DNA of 64,000 nucleotides from Entomortierella parvispora E1425. Taxonomy: Eukaryota > Fungi > Mortierellomycota. Below, piece after piece: positions 50,125 to 62,400 of the stretch. The notes below the pieces were generated by a model that was not told where the DNA came from, ran no database searches, and saw only the letters and a list, made by a program, of their open reading frames with translations. The stretch's first letter is position 1. Each line of letters starts with the position of its first letter. The stretch lies in NCBI GenBank assembly GCA_020891255.1, contig BQFW01000001.1:2542001-2606000 (forward strand). The letters are read 5' to 3'. The position numbers were made by a program, and so were the translations under genes.

Positions 50125-53100
50125 ATGGCAGATAATCCTCCGCCTGCCTCGGCTGCTCCTCGTCCAGCCCGTTCGCCTGCTGCCGCGAATGTCGTTCCAG
50201 CCTCACCAGCTCCGCAACGCCCAGCGCAACCTCGGCCAAGACCACCGCAACCCCATGCAAACTCACATCCGACTACCCTGCCACCATCGTATACCCGAAC
50301 AGGCACAGGTGACGCCCCTGCCATGCCTACCCCATCGCATAATGCTGCCAGTTCTGGCGCCAACAATGCCCATGGTCGACCACCAGTCCCGCCGCAGAGG
50401 TCAAACACAGGAAAAGAGTCGCTCCATCACCCTTCGTCTGGGAACAATCCGCCTCAGAGGCAGCAGCAGCCGTTGCAGACCCCACAGCCTCTATCGTCAC
50501 CACCCTCGCCTTTGCTACAGCGACCGACTCACAATCCCCAACAAAGCGGCACCATTGTCAATCCTTCCCCAAAGGTAAAATAGACAGCAGGGGACAAGGG
50601 CAAAGATCTGGGGATGCTAAGGAAATATCTGTTTTGATCACAAAAGGTCCTTGTGCTCTTGTGCCGCCCTCGAGACCGACTGCACGCGTGTGGAACGTCT
50701 TGTTCATGGAGCTCATGGCGTTGAACAGGAAGAACTGGTCTGGGTTTTTGTTGTGCATGAACGGTGTGGGGTCTTGTCTTGTCCGCTGTGGGCGTCAATG
50801 ACATTGTGGCACTGTCGTAATAGATGACTGGTTACTGGCTGCAATTGAGTGTCGGGTTGACACCGCGGTAGTCCCTCAAGCTCCAGTGATGACGATGCTA
50901 ACTTGCTCAATCCTGTCCCGTTTTTGTTCTTAGCCTCAACCGACACACCAGCCTCTATTGAACACAGGCGCGGATGCTTTGCCAGGGTCAGGACAACTGC
51001 GGCATTCGCCCGGCATTGTACCAATCAAGGGATCGTCTCCCATGGTCTCACCTTCGACTCCGCTTGCCCCACTACCGCCATCGCAGTCGGGAGCATCCCC
51101 TGTATCATCTTCAGCCCCCAAGGGTCGCACGACGGTGCCGCCAACATTGCCTCCTGCAAGGGCGCACGGAATTCACGCACGAGCCTTGCCAAAGTCCACT
51201 GCACAGTCGGCTTTGCCACTCAACAATACCTCCTCTGGACGGCCCAAAGAGGAATCACCAACAAAGCCCACCATTGGCTCTGTCACCTCCAGTCATCAGG
51301 TACCACAGTCCCCTGGACCTCGTGAATTCATATACCCACCATCCACTCTGCAGGCCCCCCAGCAAGCCCATCAGCCAAGGCACAGGCAGTCAGCCTCCCA
51401 CAGGCCACCAGTGGATGCAGTACCTCGACCACAGCCCCCGACAAATGCTCGACAGCCCTCGAGCTTGTCACTGCCCATCGTTCTTCCTTCGAATCTCAGC
51501 GATACATCATCGCAAATTCCAAACGCGACACACGACTCGACCGCAAAAGCTTCTGGACCAGTGATGACAGGCGTAAGCAAAGACGATGATCTCCAGGAAC
51601 AGGGCGACTCGGATGATGCGGAGGAAGAAAACGAAAGCACAAGAGGAACTGGGAATGAAAAGCTCCGTAGAAGCAGACATCGCAAGGTGCGGAGGAGTCT
51701 TGAGAAACTGACTCGGATTTCCACAGAGAGGAAGCGACGATCCCGTCAGTTGAAAGCAATGTCGACCATCTCCCCACCCAAATCGCCCATGGCTGGCCAC
51801 CTGGTCACCAAACCGGATCCACCCAAGCGGCAGTCTCTCTGGGCATCCATCTTTGGAAACGGTATGCACATGCGAAAGTGCCATTTTGTATTGATTGATC
51901 TTTTCCCATTTTTAGCGCGTAAACTCATTTTTTTTTTTCAATCAATTATGTTCAGGTCGAGCGGAGTCTAGGCCGTCGATTGCAGATTCGCTTGTCAAGA
52001 GGAATGGTTCAACACAATCCCTTGGATCAACTTCCGTGGACAGGCAGGATTCGCAACAACAGAGTTACTCATCCACAATGAGCTCCCCTACATCCCCTCG
52101 CTCGGATAAGAGCTTTTCAGACAGTGTCGCCTCTGCCCCTGCTTCTGTACCCGACTCTGAGTCTGTGGAAACAAAACCTCTGGAAGGGCAGGTTGTCCAG
52201 GATGATTCGGTAGAGAACGCAGAGGCTGGAAAGACATCGCCGACGGTGGAAGACATCTTGGCAGTAAATGTGGCCCCGCACGATCGATCAAGAACGTTAC
52301 CCGGTATCTGGGACTCGAGCATACTCTGGTCACTGTCAAGGGTCCTGTCAACGAAGAAAGTAGATCCTCCTCTGGAAACTGAGAGCAGTGACAGTGACAG
52401 CAGTGAAGAAACACAGGCAGAGGACTTTCATAATGCAGAAGAAACTCCAGCGGGTATGTTTCACATGTCACGATCACAGCACTGCTTATCGAGTGCAATG
52501 CTACACAGCACTAATACTTCTATTTTTTCGCCTTATAGATATACCCCAGAAGGAGCCCAGCCTTCCACCGCGCGCAGCGTTGTCAGTACGAACGAATATT
52601 CCCAAGGAAAGGGTCATTGTGGCAGAGTCGCAGGTTCAAATTGGAGACGCACTCGATGATGAAGACCCATTCACGGATTCACATGCGTGGCCAACTACAT
52701 CGCCTTCTGCAGCCGGTACTTGGGGTTCATCCAAGGGATTGAGCTCTGGTTCTGGTTCCTCGAGTACCTCTTCACCTTCACCCTCCCTCTCGCCTTTGTC
52801 CTATATCACGGGGACATCGCCGTCGGGATCATGGTCTCTACAGGGATCTCGACAATCCTTGATGAAGATGATCTTCAAATCAAAAAATGACGCATCCTCT
52901 CCATCTACCTCCTCAACACCAGGAACCCCACATCTCACCAGTGGATCAAACACCTCGGCAGAGCAGACCAACTTCAGTCATGAGACTAGACAGGACATGC
53001 AGGACCCATCTACTCCCCTGTATACACCACACCCAGATCTGTTTTCTGGTTTCGAGTCTACAGCACAGCAAGAGGACTCTCTCGTGCCTCTTTCAAAGGA

Positions 53101-55072
53101 GCTCAAACGACGATCATTTATCATCCCAGGTGCATTCCCTGGTCAGGAAGCTTCATCGGTGGATGACTCTCTAGAGACGGAATCCGAGGCTACAGTCGAT
53201 CATATTCCAATGTATGCTGCAGCCGAGGGTGATTCTTTAGCCGCTCATGACCCTATTGCGGATGAGGATCAGGATCCAGATGTCAGCCTTGGGGATTATT
53301 ATGATCAGGACGGAGAGGACGAAGCCTCGCCGGATCTAGAGCCCATTAGTACAGTGCCTACCAAAGCCTCCTCATATGATCGACCGTCGTTTTTGGCAGA
53401 ACCGCCATTACCTCGCTTCAATCCTGCGGCCCCATCTGTTCCCGGTAGGCATGTCAGAACAGTGTCTCAGCCTCTGACCGGTCCAATAGCCCAAGAGGAT
53501 GCCTCGTCGTCAAAGAAGCTTGGCGAGACAGAGATGCTCCAAATTGAGGTCCATCGTGTTACTCCATCAGTGACCATGCGCCAGTCCTCAGGGATTTCAA
53601 ACTGCAAGACAACGGCCGAAGCACGATCACTTCAAGGAAAGACATCGCCATCTGCGCTGGCCGTGGCCATTGCCCCTCCGTCAAAAATAGATGCCAGAAG
53701 GTCGGTGATTTCACCTATTACACCCCCCTTCAAGGTGCCTACAACCGCCAATTTTGCTATGAACGATATTCCCTTGTCCAAGTCTCATGGGAAGGGCAAC
53801 TCAAACTCCTCTGAGGCTTGGAGCGCATCCGTCAACAATACCATCGATTACAGTCGCTACAAGGAAGAGGTTTACGACTCGGACAATGCTCGCCCAGATC
53901 CCTTCAGGAACACGAGCTCAAGGCCAGTGGCCGACAGTCGGGCGGGTACTGTTTTGAGAAATCAGCGGGAGGATTCGATCTCACCTGTTCAGTCGTCTAC
54001 CGCTCACTCCCAAGGAGCATCCTCGACCACTGAGAACGACTTGCAGCATCAACAATCAAAGTTGAAGACGGCACCTCCTCCACTCCCACCGCCTCGCAAC
54101 TCTAGGAGGCCGCGGTCCAAAACCTTGAGCCGATATTCATTCAATGAGTCGACAGGTCAAACTGTGGAACGCGCCCACACAACTGGATCGGCACGTCCTA
54201 CTGGAGAGCACGAGGTGATGCATTCAAGGTCATCAAATGCGTCTCCGTTCCATGCGTCTCCTTTCCACGTTGCTCCTCCATCGACGACCGTGACCCTTCC
54301 AACCAACAATGCTTACGAGAGTCCTGCAAGGGAGTACATCATGGAGGAGATGGGATCTGAACAGGCGAGAACATTCAATGAGGAGGACTACATCTATTGT
54401 CAAAATGACAAGGCACGAAACAGCATGCACGGTGGCAGTAGTCATGGGGTTCGTTCACAGTCTTCCTCAGGTTCACTTGGTCGTGGTCATATCGGACAAG
54501 CCTATGGGCCTGGAAACAGCGCATTCGACCCTCTTCCAGAATGGAGCGACTATGCTCAGCAGCAGCAACAGATCCTTCAGCAGCAGCAGCAACGGGGTCA
54601 GCCAGACAATGCTGAGATCATGCCTTCAAGTCAGTGGCAGCATGTTGCTCATTCTGCTGCTACTTCATCGAATGAAGCGTCTTTGGTGGCTGCGCTTCGT
54701 GATCAGATTGCGTCCTTGTCCTCGGAACGTGATCAGTTCTACCAGGAGGCGATGTTGTTGCGTCAGAAACATGAGATGCTGACCAGTATTGTCAACACTA
54801 TGGGAGTTGCTGTCGAATCTATCCAGGCACAGCAGCAACAACAACAGGTGCAGCAACAGCAAATGCAAATAACACAACAGATGCAACACCAAGGTCATAT
54901 CGAGTATGGTTCACAGGTGTCCTCCCAGGAGCCCCCTCACATCCAACCTCGGAGACACCACGAGGATTACCCAAACAACCGATACCACGAACAGGCTTCC
55001 AACGAATTGCAAATGAATGGAATTGATGGTTCTGACTCGACTGCCGCCTATCAACGAGAGCAATTTGAGCTT

Positions 55073-55110
<38 letters not shown>

Positions 55111-58078
55111 ACAATTACTGGAGGAACCACAAATTCAGCCACGTCGCAATCACTTTCATGATCATGATCATCAAAGCGCCAGGGTCCGTCAGTTGTCGGA
55201 CGAGTTTTCAATTCAGATGCCCCGGAATTCTGAAGAGTCTTTGAGGAGCTTTGGAGGTGGTGGTGGTGGCCAGGAGCATTACCAAGATCCATCTCTCGCT
55301 ATGACTTCAATGCAGCCAATATACCCCGGACCGATGGGAGGCGCCTCTGATAACATGGGAGATACGTCTTTCGTGGGCGATACTTCATTCCACGGGGATA
55401 CTTCCTTCCAAGGAGATTCCTCGCTTCATGGAGTGTACGATGCCCCTCAGTCAATGGACCTTCAGAATCTTCAGCAACAGCAGCATCAGCAAATGGCCCA
55501 GATGCAGCATCAACCAATGCCACAGAGTTTTGAGGAGGGTTATGATCTGATTGTCGCAGAGAGTGCGCCTGTCGAGCCTATGAACGAAATTGGTGGATAT
55601 TACCAACAATCGCAGCAACAGCAGCTGGAAGAGGAGCAGATGCGAGGAGGCGGGTTGACGCTCCAAGAACTGAAGCGTCTGCATGGTCAGTCAGGATCTG
55701 GATATGCAACACAGCGTGGATCCTCAGATTCCAGATTCAGTGGAAGTCAAGGCAGTCAGGATGCTTACCAACTCATTGATGTGGTGACAACCCGACCAAT
55801 GTCTGGTTCCTCGTTGAGACAACAGCTTGAACCCCGCAACGATCTTGGATATGGTCAAGACGCATCGGGATACGGAAGCTTTCAGTCTCAGGCCCCTGGA
55901 ATGGGGCCAGTGTCGATGCTGAAGGATCAACATTTGGAACAGCTTCGTACTCGCTCAAGTTTTGAGAATCTAGGCACTGGGCCCAATACCCTGCGACGCC
56001 ACCATTCGATGCATCAACCCCTGGTACCGCAACAGTTCCAAGTTCAGCCGCCATTCCCATCACAGCAGCAGCAGCAGTCGCATCAGCCCTACCCACCAGT
56101 ACCACAGCTGCCATCCCCAATGGGCCATCCTCCACAGAGATTGCATCAACCACGACCTCCGCCATGGGCGCCTCAACACCTGAAGCGGTCTTCGTCATCC
56201 TCTTTGATGATGCACCGACGCTTGCCCTCCAACCCTCAGGATATACCGTCTCTGCCATCCCAGGGTTTGCTTCTCTTGTCATCCTCGACTTCTTTTATGG
56301 GTGAATCGCCCATGCTGTCATCATTGGCCCTGGAGAGCTCTGTGGGTGCAGGATCGATGGCCCCGTTGTCGCTCCTGTCCAACGTGGTTCAGCGAGAAAA
56401 AGTCAGGATCGAAGAAAAGACATCTTCCACATACGGAGCTGCAGGGTGGTCAGAGCGACCCTTCTCGCCTGTGATTGCCAATGCATCCAATGATGAGGTA
56501 GAAGCCCATGTGCCTTCTTTCGCAAGTGTGATGATGAACAACGATGCCTCATCTTCTACTACCGGAAACAGCCATCTACCTCCTCCAGTGCCCCCTTCCC
56601 GGAGTGTAACCAAGGACGAGGCCAACAAGATTCGACAGCAGTTTGATAGCTACTTGGCGGACCCTAAACGCCGGAGTCGACATTTGGAAATGGAGGCCGA
56701 GGAAGATAGGAGGCTCAAGGAACGGGAGCAGGAGAGAGAAAGGGAAAGGGAAAGAGTTGCTCAAGAGGACGCAGCCCGATTACAATCCTTGATCCAGAAG
56801 CAGGAGAGCGTGGAGATCACGGACATTGACTCGGACACGAGCGTTGATTCGGACGAGGAAGAATATTCCAGGAACTGGAACAGATCAAACTCGGGCGCTG
56901 CGTATACTTCCATGGCGACCTCAGCCCCTGATAGCTCCAGCGGTTGGGACCAGTACCAGCAGCTGTTGCTGAAGGTGGACAAGTCTTTGAAAGAAACGTC
57001 TGATAAGCGAGAGAAAGAGGAGGTTGTTGTAGAGGCTGAGCAGGAAGAAGCTGTGCCATCGACCACTTCGGAATCAACCACCTCGAACAGAGTTGACAGA
57101 GTTGGCCCAGAGTTTGAGATTGGCGCCATCCCCGAAACGATCAATGTTTCTACAGGTCTGTTGGGTCGGAGCAAGACGATCGCCAGTACTGGCATCAGCT
57201 CTAGGGCTGCTAAGGAGAATTCATTCCGAGCTCAGCCCCCTCCACCTCCTGCATCCAATCAGCTCTCCGCTCAACAACAGCAGTCGATTTCTTCAAGTCT
57301 GATGAAGAGCAATAATCCCTTCCTGAACGCTGCCAATGTATCGTCGTCGACTCCTCAACAACAATCTCAAAAACCGTTCAAGGAAACTCTGCTCCGTCAA
57401 CAATCGAGCTCTGGAAGTTTAAGATCAGTGGCCAGACATAGCGAGCAGCACCGTGGAGCCACCACCGCAACCGCTACCACTACCGTCGCTGATGACCAGA
57501 GCGCTGCTACCCGTCCTAGGACCAAAGCGGGAGTAAGCTCTGGTACAGCTGGCATGACATCTGGACTGAACCACGCTTCGCCGGCACCTGCTCTGCCAAA
57601 AGCTGCAGCGGTGCCTCTTGTCAACCCGAGATCCGCACCAACACCTTCAGCATCAACAGCATCAGCAGTGGCGACCAATGGACAGCGGACCACTCTTCCC
57701 CTGCCCCCTGCAACACTTCCACGACCCCCAATTTCAACGTTCAAGCCATCTGCAGCCCCTCCGATACCGCCAGCCCAGGACCGATCCCCTGCTGCGACGT
57801 TGGTTTCTCAGACGCCTCATTACAGCTCATCTTCATCCCAGTCGACAAGCACACCCGTGTTTTCGTCCGTTCTGGCGTCCTCCTCTACCTCCAAGACCGT
57901 AGTAGATGAAGAAGGCGGCGATTGGGGATTGCAGGCCAACCCTCCAAGACGGTACCATAGCGTCAAGTTGGGAATGGGAAGCATGACGGGTGGTGTGACG
58001 GGCGCGACACGTCGTGTCATTGGACGTCCTGTCGAACGTGGGCATGGAATCGAACGCGGACCAGAGGATTGTGTCTAA
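50125..58078 (+). CDS. Very large (about 2,470 aa) Pro/Ser/Gln-rich low-complexity protein of unknown function; exons 50125-50574, 50934-51861, 51956-52453, 52539-58078
   Basis: Four ORF-track segments join in frame via GT..AG introns; there is a 5.5-kb stop-free terminal exon and short coiled-coil-like stretches. Confidence 0.75.
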
Positions 58079-58254
58079 AGAATCTCGAGTTGCCCAAGAG
58101 ATATTTTGAGAACCAGAACAATGGGGCATCTCATATCATTGTAATAAAATTGTACTTGTAGCAACGTTCCGCCTTCCAAAGTTGTGTTTTTTTTTTTTTT
58201 GATCCATCTGTCCTTCCTCCGTCGCGATCGACTGCCACTCTTCTTTATTCCCAT

Positions 58255-59754
58255 TTATTTGAGGCGGATTTCTTTGTCTTCTTCAAGTTTGCACGACTGT
58301 TTCTTCAACAAGTTCAACTCCTTCGTCAGAAAACTGCCCAATTGTGGCCAAGTCTCAAGGCACCATCGCAACTCCTCCTCGCTCTTAGGAGGATATACAA
58401 TCCAGTTGGCGCTTCGGAGTCGTCGCAGATCCTTGAGCGCATCCAACCCGCCCTCCACCGGTATCGCCACGATGCACCCTTTTTCATCCCGAGGCACAAA
58501 AACCCTCAATGCTACCAGTCTTTTCAGTTGGCCTACTCGTGCCAAATACCTTTGGATCACCAAAGCCCGAACAGGCGGATCCGCCGAAAGCCCGGTCAGC
58601 TGAAGTCGCAAATCGAGCTCCTCCAAGTCCACACAAGCCCACGGCCGAAGATCCTCCACCATCTCCTTATCCATCACCTCCCCAGCTGAAAAGACCTTTA
58701 AGCTAGGCATCTCGCAGAGCATCTGATGAACCACCTCGGATGACGCATTTTTGCATCCTTCTATCCTCAGGACTGTCAGGGTTTTCAGATGAGCCGGCTT
58801 CATCGTCCGAAGGATCATCCAGGATTCGCGGTCAAAACTGGTCGATGTGAAATCCAGACAACGCAACCGCACCAAGGATCGCATCAAGCACCGAAAAGAT
58901 TCATTCTTGAATTCTCCTCGATACGTGATCTCCTCCAGCTTCTTCCCGAACGTCGGATCACTTTGAAAGATATCGACAAGTTGATCCATGACCTCATAAT
59001 TTCTACCTCTATCAGCATGGCTCCAACCCAGTCGAACGAGATCCGGACATTGCCTCACAATCCAGGCACAAAAGACAGAGTGACTTGGGTCGTGCAAATG
59101 CAGGGATAAGTCCTGGATCTGACTAGGTCCTTCAAATGGTTGCCATTCGCTCATTGCAGTGAGCCGCCTTGACTCCATGAATTCAAACTCCTCGCCATCA
59201 TTCCAATACAATTTACGAAGACGGGTCCAAAGTCCCAAATAGCGGCCCCACTGTGCAGGGTGGAGAGTATAGCCTTGGTCCCATAGCCAAAGTGTGTCCA
59301 GAAGTGGACAATCTCCAAAGACCTCCAGGACAGCATCGTGCGCACGCCTGTCAAAGGTCACAGACCTAAGCGTTTGCCTGTGTTGTTGGATAAACTGGAC
59401 CAGCGCGGGATCGTCAAAATCTTCAAACTCTTCTTCCTCATCTTCGGTTTCATAAATGCGAAGGTTGGAAACAACAGGAAAGGTGACGGTGCTTTTTGAC
59501 AGCGCAAGAACAGATCGGTAGTCGATGGTGAGGATTTGAATTAAGGACCTGTACTTTTGAACTAAGGAAAGGCGTGGGTGGTGTCTCCTGAAGGCGGCAG
59601 ATATCTTGATCGACTTCCAGACCCAGGGTAGAAGCATGCTGTGCCAGAGTTTGGACACACGAAGACACTTGGTCAACGTATCGCCACTCAAGAACTGGCC
59701 GACAGAGGACAGAATCTCTGGGATCTCGAGCGGATGGATCTTCCTGCATTCCAT
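58255..59754 (-). CDS. Intronless F-box-like / LRR protein, about 499 aa
   Basis: HPLEIPEILSSVGQFL...CLRVSKLWHSMLLPWVW; LTVLRIEGC, PWACVDLEEL, GGLDALKDLRRL. Confidence 0.83.
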   Translation of the reverse strand: MECRKIHPLEIPEILSSVGQFLSGDTLTKCLRVSKLWHSMLLPWVWKSIKISAAFRRHHPRLSLVQKYRSLIQILTIDYRSVLALSKSTVTFPVVSNLRIYETEDEEEEFEDFDDPALVQFIQQHRQTLRSVTFDRRAHDAVLEVFGDCPLLDTLWLWDQGYTLHPAQWGRYLGLWTRLRKLYWNDGEEFEFMESRRLTAMSEWQPFEGPSQIQDLSLHLHDPSHSVFCAWIVRQCPDLVRLGWSHADRGRNYEVMDQLVDIFQSDPTFGKKLEEITYRGEFKNESFRCLMRSLVRLRCLDFTSTSFDRESWMILRTMKPAHLKTLTVLRIEGCKNASSEVVHQMLCEMPSLKVFSAGEVMDKEMVEDLRPWACVDLEELDLRLQLTGLSADPPVRALVIQRYLARVGQLKRLVALRVFVPRDEKGCIVAIPVEGGLDALKDLRRLRSANWIVYPPKSEEELRWCLETWPQLGSFLTKELNLLKKQSCKLEEDKEIRLK

Positions 59755-61379
59755 GATGTCAGTCCTGCAATCCTGAAAGGAATGAACGATGGATGGGGAA
59801 GGAATGAGGAAAAAAAATCTTTCTGTGCCTGGACACAAAAGTGTACTGCCCCACGAGATCTCGCCCAAAAAAGGAACAACTCTCCAACCGACGCTTTATT
59901 GCTTTCGTTTCGAGAGCATACAGCGCGCTCCAGCCTCTCCAGAGCAACTTGCAGTCTTGACCTCAAATGGTCGTCTAACCGCAGCCAATTCTCCAAAATC
60001 CACCGCAGTTCGTTCACGCCTGTGAATCTTTGGGTCCAATTGGCATGCCGTATCTGCCGTAGGTCCTTCAACATGTCCAATCCGTCCTCAACTTCTATCA
60101 AGATAATGAGTCCTTTCTCGTTCCTTGGGAAAAAGCCCCTGAACACTTGGAGCCTCTTCAGTCGGCCCACCTGTGCCAAATACCTTTTGACCGCCAAATT
60201 TCGAACCGAAGGATCCTCCGAGTACTCTGTTAACAAAAAGCGCAAACTGAGCTCCTCTAAATCCAGGCAAATCCACGGCCTAGGATCCTCCATCATTCCC
60301 TTGTCTCCCACCGCGGTAGATCCAAAGACTTTAAGACTAGGCATCTCACAGAGCATCTGATGGATGGCCTCGCCAGAAAGATTTTGGCAGGCAAGCAAGT
60401 TCAAGTCTGTCAATGTCTTCAAATGAACCGAGTTTGTCATCCGAAGGATCGTCCACGATTCTGTGTCAAAGTCGGTACAGCTGAGACTCAGACGGCGCAG
60501 CTTGACCAGTGATGCCATCAAGAACTCGAAGGTAGTGTTCCTGAACTTTCCCTCATTGAGCGTGATATCTTCTAGTTTTCTCCCGAATGTTGGATCGCCT
60601 CGAAAGATATCAGCCAGTAACTCCATAGGTGATTCTGCACTCACCCTCAAATGAACCCAGTATAAACGAATGAGGTCCGGGCATTGCCTCACGATCCAAA
60701 TAAAGAATCCAATCGTTTTCCCAGGTCGATGGAGGTACAAGCTCAAATCTCGGATCTGCTCCAGTCTGTTGAATTGCTGCGTATCCTCTATTGTCGTGAT
60801 TGCAGCGTCGAGGGAATGAATGATATCGCTGTCTTCCAAAGACAATGTATCGAGATGAGAAAAGAGCTTTTCGAACTGAAGAAACCATCTTATAGGGCAC
60901 AGACCATTATAGCCTTGACACCCTAACGTTAGAGAGTTCAACCGTGGACATTCTTCTAGGGCTTCTAGAACTGCATCGGTCGCGTGTTGAGCCAAGATCA
61001 CGGACTTGAGAGTTTCCCTGTGCTTCTTGATAAAAAGAACCAGTTTGGGATCGTCAAATGGGTTGCCAAAAACGGTTTGGTAAAGGATCAAACTGGCAAG
61101 ATTGGGGAGAGTTGGGGCAATGCTTGGCAGCTTGAGAACAGCTTCATAGCCGATGGTGAGCCTGCGAATAAATGACTCATACCTTTGAATCAAATCAAGG
61201 CTGGGGACAATGGCCGAGTAGTGGCCAAATTCGGTCACTTCCCAGAGCCAGGGCAGAAGGACGTGGTGCCAGAGTTTGGACACGCGAAAACTGTTGACCA
61301 ATGAACCACGGCTCAGGAACTGTCCAAGAGAGGAAAGAATCTCTGGAATGTCGAGTGCATGGATCTTCTTGCATTCCAT
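59688..61379 (-). CDS. Tandem F-box-like / LRR paralog whose ORF runs into the start of the downstream paralog
   Basis: HALDIPEILSSLGQFL...FRVSKLWHHVLLPWLW; LTDLNLLAC, PWICLDLEEL, DGLDMLKDLRQI. The 5' flank resembles that of the 59754 gene. Confidence 0.8.
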   Translation of the reverse strand: MECKKIHALDIPEILSSLGQFLSRGSLVNSFRVSKLWHHVLLPWLWEVTEFGHYSAIVPSLDLIQRYESFIRRLTIGYEAVLKLPSIAPTLPNLASLILYQTVFGNPFDDPKLVLFIKKHRETLKSVILAQHATDAVLEALEECPRLNSLTLGCQGYNGLCPIRWFLQFEKLFSHLDTLSLEDSDIIHSLDAAITTIEDTQQFNRLEQIRDLSLYLHRPGKTIGFFIWIVRQCPDLIRLYWVHLRVSAESPMELLADIFRGDPTFGRKLEDITLNEGKFRNTTFEFLMASLVKLRRLSLSCTDFDTESWTILRMTNSVHLKTLTDLNLLACQNLSGEAIHQMLCEMPSLKVFGSTAVGDKGMMEDPRPWICLDLEELSLRFLLTEYSEDPSVRNLAVKRYLAQVGRLKRLQVFRGFFPRNEKGLIILIEVEDGLDMLKDLRQIRHANWTQRFTGVNELRWILENWLRLDDHLRSRLQVALERLERAVCSRNESNKASVGELFLFWARSRGAVHFCVQAQKDFFSSFLPHPSFIPFRIAGLTSWNAGRSIRSRSQRFCPLSASS

Positions 61380-61989
61380 GATGTCGATCCTGCAATCCTG
61401 AGATGAATGAAGGAGAGAAAGGAGAAAGGAGCAAAGGCGATTGTGGGCACAGAAGTTGCACAGCCCCGTGATTCCTTGTCTTGCCTTGCCTTGCAAAAAA
61501 AAAAAAAAAAAAAAAAAAAGGGCATGCGCCCGCCCTCTCTTCCCTGCGTTTTCTTTGCCCTTTGAAGGCACCACGGTTTAACATAGCTTTAAACGCACAC
61601 CACCATGAGCTCCTCGACCGATGCCACTCACTGCTATCGCCTCACTGCGCCCTGACTTATTTATAGGGGCCACCTTGGGCGGCATCTAGGATCCTTCAAG
61701 GTGCTTTGTCCACTGCCAATTTCTGACGAGACATGGATCTTTGTTTCGCACTTGGCAAGATTTCATAATTTGTCTTTCACTTTATTGGCATTAAATGTAG
61801 TTAGGTGAAACGGTCTGCTGCCGGCTTGTTGGTCCGTCCTGTACATTATGATATTATATTTTCAAGAAGAGAGTCGATTGTCTGAGAGGAGGCCCAAAGA
61901 TTCATGGACTTTTTTTTTTTGGCAACTTGATCAAAGAATAATGAAAGAGTTTCAATGGCATCTCCACAACTTAGTCGCCCGGATCCGTG

Positions 61990-62400
61990 TTTCCCGACTT
62001 TGATCGCGATTCGTAGACAACCCTTTCAAAGACCAGCGCGGTTCCATCGAAAGTTCTTACTTTTGGTCCCTTTGGCGCCAAAGGTGATCGGCAAGGCAGC
62101 TCATCAGATGCTATGTGGAATACCCAGCTTGAAGGTTGTTGTGGCTACTGAGCTGAGGGACAAGGAGATGGTAGAGGACCATTGGTCGCGTGTTGGCGTG
62201 GATTTCGAGGAGCTCAGGTCCGGGATTTGGTTGTTGGTTGTCGAGGTTTCCAGCAGATCTTCCTGCCCTAGCTTTGACGATCAAAAGGTCCTTCGTACGG
62301 GTGGCCCTATTTGATGTTCACGAAAAAAAATAGTGGATTTAGCCGCATTGGTAACAACCCCAACCCATACAGGTTGGAGCAGGAAGGGGGATATCAAAGG
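61990..62400 (+). pseudogene. Inverted, degenerate relic of the C-terminal LRR part of the 58255/59688 subfamily
   Basis: AAHQMLCGIPSLKVVVATELRDKEMVED...VDFEEL versus VVHQMLCEMPSLKVFSAGEVMDKEMVED...VDLEEL; boundaries approximate. Confidence 0.7.
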
